Assembly: GCF_000354175.2 (NCBI RefSeq)
Contig: NC_022349.1
Coordinates: forward strand, 30,001 to 62,000
DNA length: 32,000 nucleotides
Reading direction: 5' to 3'
Source of the DNA: Vibrio alginolyticus NBRC 15630 = ATCC 17749
GTDB taxonomy: Bacteria > Pseudomonadota > Gammaproteobacteria > Enterobacterales > Vibrionaceae
Shown: piece by piece, positions 26,477 through 32,000 of the stretch
Layout of the letters: each line of letters opens with the position of its first letter
Numbering within the stretch: the first letter of the stretch is position 1
The notes under the pieces: model-generated
Seen by the model: the letters and a program-made list of their open reading frames with translations, nothing else
Told to the model about the DNA's origin: nothing
The model's database searches: none
Made by a program: the position numbers and the translations under genes

Positions 26477-28225
26477 ATGTCGATAAATACTGATGAAACG
26501 ACTTGGCAGACGTTTAAGCGTCTATGGCAATTTATTCGCCTTTATAAGTCAGGTCTTGTCGTTGCAGTCATTGCATTAGTTATTAATGCCATATCAGATA
26601 CCTATATGATTTCCCTACTAAAACCACTACTCGATGAAGGTTTTGGGAACGCTGAATCTGATTTTTTACGCACGCTTCCATTGATTATTTTTGCCATGAT
26701 GTTCATCCGTGGCATAAGTGGATTTGTCTCCACCTACTGTTTGAGCTGGGTATCTGGCAACGTAGTTATGCAAGTCCGTCGCATGGTGTTCAATCACTTT
26801 ATGCACATGCCAGTGTCATACTTTGATAAGGAAAAGACGGGCAACTTATTGTCGCGTATAACCTACGACTCAGAGCAAGTATCAGCGGCAACTAGCCAAG
26901 CGTTGGTGAGCATTGTGCGTGAAGGCGCAAGTATCATTGGTCTGTTAGTCTTGATGTTTTACAACAGCTGGCAATTGTCGCTAGTGCTGTTTGCTGTTGC
27001 TCCCGTTGTGGCATGGGGTATTGGTGTTGTTTCTAAACGTTTTAGAAAAATATCCAAAAATATGCAGACCATGATGGGTAACGTAACTGCATCAGCAGAG
27101 CAGATGCTGAAAGGCCATAAAGTTGTGTTGAGCTATGGCGGCCAAGACATCGAACGTCAACGATTTGAAAAAGTCAGCAACCAAATGCGTCAACAAAGCA
27201 TGAAGTTGGTGACGGCTCAAGCGGCGGCTAACCCTATCATCCAAATGATTGCATCACTTGCAATTGTTGCCGTTCTTTATTTAGCAAGTATTGATTCGAT
27301 TAAAGAGCAACTGACTCCAGGTACATTTACTGTTGTCTTCTCTGCAATGTTTGGTCTGATGCGCCCACTTAAAGCGCTGACTAACGTTACTTCTCAGTTC
27401 CAACGTGGTATGGCCGCGAGCCAAACGCTCTTCGCGTTAATTGACCTCGAGCCTGAGAAAAACGAAGGTAAGTTGACAGTTGAACGCGCAAATGGCGATG
27501 TTTCAGTTAAAAATGTAAGCTTTACTTACACTGGTGCAGAAAAACCAGCATTGGAAAATGTCAGCTTCGATATTCCAAGAGGAAAAACGGTGGCGCTAGT
27601 TGGCCGTTCTGGCTCAGGTAAAAGTACCATCGCGAACTTGTTCAACCGCTTCTATGATGTTGACAGTGGATCTATCACATTAGATGGGCATGATATTCGT
27701 GATTACGAGCTAAAGAATTTACGTCAGCAATTTGCACTAGTATCGCAAAATGTTCATTTGTTTAATGACACGATAGCAAACAATATTGCGTACGCAACGG
27801 ATGGCCAATACGAGCGCAGTGATATCGAGAAAGCGGCAACACTCGCGCATGCGATGGAGTTCATCGGCAAAATGGATGATGGACTTGATACCATGATTGG
27901 TGAAAATGGTGCTAGCTTGTCTGGTGGTCAACGCCAACGTGTTGCGATTGCGCGAGCTCTATTGCGTGATGCTCCAGTGCTGATTCTTGATGAGGCAACT
28001 TCGGCTTTGGATACCGAATCCGAGCGAGCTATTCAAGCTGCACTTGATGAGCTGCAAAAAGATAAAACGGTACTTGTAATAGCGCACCGCTTATCCACAA
28101 TCGAGAAAGCCGATGAAATTCTTGTGGTTGATGATGGTGCCATCATTGAACGTGGCAACCACGCTGAGCTTATTAAGAAAAATGGTGCGTATGCACAATT
28201 GCACCGTATTCAGTTTGGTGAATAA
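26477..28225 (+). CDS. msbA: Lipid A / LPS flippase ABC transporter MsbA
   Basis: 582 aa: six TM segments plus an NBD ([27 protein letters not shown]). Synteny msbA-lpxK supports the call. Confidence 0.95.
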   Translation: MSINTDETTWQTFKRLWQFIRLYKSGLVVAVIALVINAISDTYMISLLKPLLDEGFGNAESDFLRTLPLIIFAMMFIRGISGFVSTYCLSWVSGNVVMQVRRMVFNHFMHMPVSYFDKEKTGNLLSRITYDSEQVSAATSQALVSIVREGASIIGLLVLMFYNSWQLSLVLFAVAPVVAWGIGVVSKRFRKISKNMQTMMGNVTASAEQMLKGHKVVLSYGGQDIERQRFEKVSNQMRQQSMKLVTAQAAANPIIQMIASLAIVAVLYLASIDSIKEQLTPGTFTVVFSAMFGLMRPLKALTNVTSQFQRGMAASQTLFALIDLEPEKNEGKLTVERANGDVSVKNVSFTYTGAEKPALENVSFDIPRGKTVALVGRSGSGKSTIANLFNRFYDVDSGSITLDGHDIRDYELKNLRQQFALVSQNVHLFNDTIANNIAYATDGQYERSDIEKAATLAHAMEFIGKMDDGLDTMIGENGASLSGGQRQRVAIARALLRDAPVLILDEATSALDTESERAIQAALDELQKDKTVLVIAHRLSTIEKADEILVVDDGAIIERGNHAELIKKNGAYAQLHRIQFGE

Positions 28226-28230
28226 GCGCG

Positions 28231-29238
28231 GTGATTGAAAAAATCTGGTTTGAAAACCATCCAATAAAATACCTCTTGTGGCCGCTTTTGTGGCCACTGA
28301 GTTTATTATTTGGAACGATAAGCAAGTCAAAGCGAAAGCAATACCAAACTGGCCGCAAGCAAGCTTATAATGCGCCAATACCTGTTGTTGTGGTTGGCAA
28401 TATCACTGCTGGTGGCAATGGTAAAACACCAGTTGTTGTGTGGCTTGTTGAGCAACTACAGCAAATGGGCTTTAAGCCGGGGGTTGTTTCTCGTGGTTAT
28501 GGGGCAAAGGCTCCTGCCTATCCGTTAGTGCTAAAAGAAGATACGCCAGCGAAGCATTGTGGCGATGAACCTAAGTTGATTCATCGCCGTACAGGAGCAC
28601 CTGTTGCGGTAGATCCTGTGCGTTCAAATGCAGTGAAAGCACTGCTAGATTTGGATGTGGATATCATAATTACGGATGATGGATTACAACATTATGCGTT
28701 AGGCCGTGATATTGAGTTAGTGATTGTGGATGGGAATCGCCGGTTTGGGAATGAAAGCCTGATTCCATTAGGTCCTTTACGTGAAGGTATTGAGCGACTT
28801 AAAGAAGTCGACTTTATCATCACCAATGGCGGTCAAGCGCATACGGGCGAAATCGCAATGGCTTTAGCACCCTCTAAAGCTATTAATCTTAAGACTAAGC
28901 AACATGTGGATGTCTCGGAGTTGAAAGATCTCGTCGCATTTGCGGGCATTGGGCATCCTCCGCGTTTTTTTCATACACTAAACTCGATGAACGCAGATGT
29001 TAAAGTCACAAAAGGTTTTGCTGACCATCAAGACTTTGATCAACAAGAATTAGAAGCATTGGCTCAACAAGGGACCAATGTGGTTATGACCGAGAAAGAT
29101 GCCGTCAAGTGCAGCCATTATGCGCAAGATAATTGGTGGTATCTGCCTGTATCTGCCCAGTTTGAATCAAACGATGCAGAGCAAATTTTAAATAGAATAA
29201 AAGAGGTTAAAGCGGCTTATGGATCACCGTCTACTTGA
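28231..29238 (+). CDS. lpxK: Tetraacyldisaccharide 4'-kinase
   Basis: GTG start. [11 protein letters not shown]... and the P-loop [26 protein letters not shown] closely match E. coli LpxK. Confidence 0.95.
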   Translation: MIEKIWFENHPIKYLLWPLLWPLSLLFGTISKSKRKQYQTGRKQAYNAPIPVVVVGNITAGGNGKTPVVVWLVEQLQQMGFKPGVVSRGYGAKAPAYPLVLKEDTPAKHCGDEPKLIHRRTGAPVAVDPVRSNAVKALLDLDVDIIITDDGLQHYALGRDIELVIVDGNRRFGNESLIPLGPLREGIERLKEVDFIITNGGQAHTGEIAMALAPSKAINLKTKQHVDVSELKDLVAFAGIGHPPRFFHTLNSMNADVKVTKGFADHQDFDQQELEALAQQGTNVVMTEKDAVKCSHYAQDNWWYLPVSAQFESNDAEQILNRIKEVKAAYGSPST

Positions 29239-29398
29239 GATTGTAGCTTGCCCTGTTTGCAAAGGTAAGCTGACGTACGATAAAGATAATCAAGAGTTGA
29301 TCTGCAAATTGGATCGCCTCGCTTACCCGATCAAAGAGGGTATTCCAGTTCTGCTAGAGCCTGAAGCTCGCACTATGAGCATGGATGAGGGACGCTAA
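29219..29398 (+). CDS. ycaR: Trm112-like zinc-ribbon protein YcaR (UPF0434), 59 aa
   Basis: Not in the ORF track because it is under 60 aa. [59 protein letters not shown] matches E. coli YcaR. It overlaps the lpxK end by 20 nt and the kdsB start by 1 nt (TAATG). Confidence 0.9.
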   Translation: MDHRLLEIVACPVCKGKLTYDKDNQELICKLDRLAYPIKEGIPVLLEPEARTMSMDEGR

Positions 29399-30153
29399 TG
29401 TCTTTTACGGTTGTCATCCCTTCGCGCTACGCATCGAGCCGTTTGCCTGGTAAACCGCTAGCGGATATTGGTGGTAAGCCTATGGTTCAGTGGGTTTATG
29501 AACAAGCGCTACAAGCGGGTGCGGAAGATGTCATCGTTGCAACTGATGACGAGCGTGTTGCGAAAGCGGTTTCGTCATTTGGTGGTAAAGTTTGTATGAC
29601 CTCTCCCCACCACGAATCAGGTACGGAGCGTCTTGCCGAAGTTGTTGAAAAGATGGCTATTCCGTCAGACCACATTATTGTTAATGTGCAAGGGGATGAG
29701 CCTTTGATTCCGCCGTCCATCATTCGTCAGGTTGCTGATAACTTATCTGGGTGTGAAGCCCCGATGGCGACGTTAGCTGTAGAAATAGACTCGGAAGAGG
29801 AAGTGTTCAACCCGAACGCTGTTAAAGTTGTCGCAGATGAGCAAGGCTATGCGTTGTACTTTAGTCGAGCAACCATCCCTTGGGATCGCGATAACTTTGC
29901 TAAACAAGACAAAACTATTGCCAACCCATTAATGCGTCATATTGGTATTTATGCTTATCGAGCTGGTTTCATTAATACGTATGTCAACTGGGCACCAAGT
30001 GCATTAGAGCAGATTGAGTGTCTTGAGCAACTGCGAGTGCTTTGGTACGGTGAAAAAATTCATGTGGCGGTAGCGAAAGAAGCACCAGCGGCAGGGGTTG
30101 ATACGCCCGAAGACCTAGAAGCCGTGCGCGCGATTGTTGAGAAGCAAGCGTAA
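29398..30153 (+). CDS. kdsB: 3-deoxy-manno-octulosonate cytidylyltransferase (CMP-Kdo synthetase)
   Basis: 251 aa. [29 protein letters not shown] and [15 protein letters not shown] match E. coli KdsB. Confidence 0.96.
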   Translation: MSFTVVIPSRYASSRLPGKPLADIGGKPMVQWVYEQALQAGAEDVIVATDDERVAKAVSSFGGKVCMTSPHHESGTERLAEVVEKMAIPSDHIIVNVQGDEPLIPPSIIRQVADNLSGCEAPMATLAVEIDSEEEVFNPNAVKVVADEQGYALYFSRATIPWDRDNFAKQDKTIANPLMRHIGIYAYRAGFINTYVNWAPSALEQIECLEQLRVLWYGEKIHVAVAKEAPAAGVDTPEDLEAVRAIVEKQA

Positions 30154-30184
30154 CAAATGCTCATATAGATTTAAGAATAAACAA

Positions 30185-30208
30185 GGCTCCTGAATTAGGA
30201 GCCTTTTT
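30185..30208. terminator. Terminator between kdsB and ycgB (convergent)
   Basis: GGCTCCT-GAATT-AGGAGCC followed by T5. The other strand is T-rich (TTGTTTATT). Confidence 0.85.
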
Positions 30209-30232
30209 GTTTTACTTGTATCGCGGTATTAG

Positions 30233-31792
30233 TTAAATGTTAGTGTCGTATTGGTTCCGTTTAGGGCAGGTCGCTAACACCTCTCGGTGACCGGTGTCTT
30301 TCACTTCTTGGAGAATGACATCAAAGCCCCATAATCGATACACGTGCTTTAGAACTTCTTCGTAACTATCATCAAGTGGGATGCGGTTGTGAGGAACGTA
30401 CTGCAACGTAAGCGAGCGATCACCACGGACATCGACATTAAACACCTGAATGTTTGGCTCAAGATTAGATAAGTTATACTGAGCGGCTAGGGTTTCTCTA
30501 ATGCGTTTATAACCCATCTCATCGTGTATCGCAGCGACTTCAATAAAGTTCTTATGATCATCATCGTTGATCGCAAACAACTTGAAATCACGCATTAATT
30601 TCGGAGAAAGGTATTGGCTAATAAAGCTTTCATCTTTGAAATTATGCATCGCGAAATGCACTGCATCTAACCAGTCGGTTCCTGCCAAGTCTGGAAACCA
30701 CTCCTTGTCCTCATCAGTTGGTTCTTCACAGATACGCTTAATATCTCGGAACATGGCAAAGCCTAACGCGTAGGGGTTAATGCCATTAAAGTAAGGACTG
30801 TTATAAGGCGGCTGAGCCACGACACTGGTGTGGCTATGTAAGAACTCTAGAATGAACTTTTCAGACACCAAGCCCTCATCATAAAGATGGTTGAGTATGG
30901 TGTAGTGCCAGAACGTTGCCCAGCCCTCATTCATGACTTGCGTTTGTTTTTGCGGATAAAAATACTGACTGATCTTACGGACGATCCGAACAACTTCACG
31001 TTGCCATGGCTCTAACAACGGAGCATGTTTTTCGAAGAAGTAGAGCAAATTTTCCTGAGGCTCGCTTGGGAATCGCTCTTTAATGTCTTCCTCTTTCGTC
31101 TTGGCTGTTGGTACCGTGCGCCAAAGCTCATTAACTTGAGATTGTAGGTATGCTTCGCGTTCTTCTTGTCTTGCTTTTTCCTCTGTAATTGAGATTTTCT
31201 CTGGACGCTTGTAGCGGTCTACACCAAAGTTCATTAACGCGTGACAAGAGTCGAGCAGCTTTTCCACTTCTTTTACGCCATATCGTTCTTCACATTCGGC
31301 TAAGTACTTTTTGGCGAACAGCAGATAGTCGATAATAGAACTGGCGTCAGTCCACGTTTGGAATAGGTAATTACCTTTGAAAAAAGAGTTATGGCCGTAA
31401 CACGCGTGCGCTATAACGAGTGCTTGCATTGTTACCGTATTTTCTTCCATCAAATAAGCAATACAAGGGTCGGAGTTAATGACAATCTCGTAGGCTAGCC
31501 CCATTTGACCATGTTTATAGTTCTGCTCTGTTTGGATGAATTTTTTACCAAATGACCAGTGATTGTAATTGATTGGCATGCCGATACTTGAGTAGGCATC
31601 CATCATCTGTTCTGAAGTAATCACTTCTATTTGGTTAGGGTAAGTGTCTAGGCGATAATGCTCCGCGACACGCTTAATTTCTTTGTGGTATCGCTCTAAC
31701 AGCTCAAATGTCCAATCTGGTCCATCTGGCAACACTTTACTGTTACGCTTCTTAGGCGCCTCTCCTGAGAGGTTTCTCGTTGCGGTATTCAT
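30233..31792 (-). CDS. ycgB: SpoVR-family protein YcgB
   Basis: 519 aa, with size and sequence character matching E. coli YcgB/SpoVR. A strong RBS AAGGAGG lies upstream, and the gene starts 11 nt after the yeaH stop. Confidence 0.85.
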   Translation of the reverse strand: MNTATRNLSGEAPKKRNSKVLPDGPDWTFELLERYHKEIKRVAEHYRLDTYPNQIEVITSEQMMDAYSSIGMPINYNHWSFGKKFIQTEQNYKHGQMGLAYEIVINSDPCIAYLMEENTVTMQALVIAHACYGHNSFFKGNYLFQTWTDASSIIDYLLFAKKYLAECEERYGVKEVEKLLDSCHALMNFGVDRYKRPEKISITEEKARQEEREAYLQSQVNELWRTVPTAKTKEEDIKERFPSEPQENLLYFFEKHAPLLEPWQREVVRIVRKISQYFYPQKQTQVMNEGWATFWHYTILNHLYDEGLVSEKFILEFLHSHTSVVAQPPYNSPYFNGINPYALGFAMFRDIKRICEEPTDEDKEWFPDLAGTDWLDAVHFAMHNFKDESFISQYLSPKLMRDFKLFAINDDDHKNFIEVAAIHDEMGYKRIRETLAAQYNLSNLEPNIQVFNVDVRGDRSLTLQYVPHNRIPLDDSYEEVLKHVYRLWGFDVILQEVKDTGHREVLATCPKRNQYDTNI

Positions 31793-31803
31793 CGCTAGCC
31801 TCC

Positions 31804-32000
31804 TTACGCCGTTTCTTTTTGGAATAGTTCACGAAAGACTGGGAAAATATCCTCCACAGAGCGAATGTTTTTCATTGCGAAATTAGGAAACTCTTCAGTG
31901 AGTTTTTCGTACTCATGCCATAGAGTTTGGTGCGAGCGCCGTGTGATCTCTATGTAAGAGTAGTACTGACAGTTTGGAAGTAATTTGTTCACTAATAGAT
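31804..32000 (-). CDS. yeaH: YeaH/DUF444-family protein, C-terminal end (5' part outside the window)
   Basis: The minus-strand frame stays open to nt 32000, so the track's GTG start is internal. The C-terminal ...[23 protein letters not shown]...IFPVFRELF is typical of YeaH. It sits directly upstream of ycgB, as in the prkA-yeaH-ycgB operon. Confidence 0.7.
   Translation of the reverse strand, partial: LLVNKLLPNCQYYSYIEITRRSHQTLWHEYEKLTEEFPNFAMKNIRSVEDIFPVFRELFQKETA

Noticed and set aside
1-32000. The possibility that part of the window is a genomic island, prophage, integron or defence island, or contains a CRISPR array, tRNA or rRNA.
   Set aside because: I saw no integrase, transposase or phage genes, no direct-repeat or spacer periodicity, and no tRNA-like or rRNA-like sequence. 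Gene order tracks conserved enterobacterial and Vibrio blocks (hinT-ycfL-lpoB-thiK-ycfP-ndh, mfd, lolCDE, comEC-msbA-lpxK-ycaR-kdsB). Composition was judged by eye only and not computed.

Overview
The window reads as a conserved core-chromosome segment of a Vibrio-type gammaproteobacterium. Protein identities and gene order are judged by eye against E. coli and V. cholerae proteins I remember; no search was run. About 31 protein-coding genes fill nearly all the sequence. In order they are: a partial SpoU/TrmH methyltransferase, a CBS-pair protein, zntA with a MerR/ZntR-type promoter, and udp with tandem CRP sites. Next come a monocistronic CARF plus PD-(D/E)xK (Card1/Can2-like, DUF1887-type) gene and a methyl-accepting chemotaxis protein (MCP). 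These are followed by hinT, three consecutive lipoprotein genes (unknown 465 aa, ycfL, lpoB), thiK-like, ycfP, ndh and a GNAT gene. Then come a minus-strand plzB-like/mfd/csiV operon, lolCDE, and a DUF2062 gene head-to-head with comEC. The window ends with msbA-lpxK-ycaR-kdsB and the 3' end of a yeaH-ycgB (SpoVR) operon. Several ORF-track starts are TTG/GTG-extended artefacts and were trimmed to better-supported starts. One real 59-aa gene (ycaR) is missing from the track. I saw no rRNA, tRNA, CRISPR array, IS element, transposase or integrase, and no sign of a horizontally acquired island. The best candidate for undescribed biology is the orphan CARF-nuclease at 4724-5884. It has an intact ligand-sensor signature and an intact nuclease motif, is insulated by terminators, and has no Cas10, cyclase or CRISPR partner in the 32 kb. 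Secondary leads are the lipoprotein trio around lpoB and the degenerate PilZ protein fused into the mfd operon. Others are a perfect FNR box and an orphan hairpin in the 533-bp ndh leader, and the 8-bp divergent DUF2062/comEC junction. All functional calls rest on motif and synteny recognition and need HMM, BLAST or structure checks.
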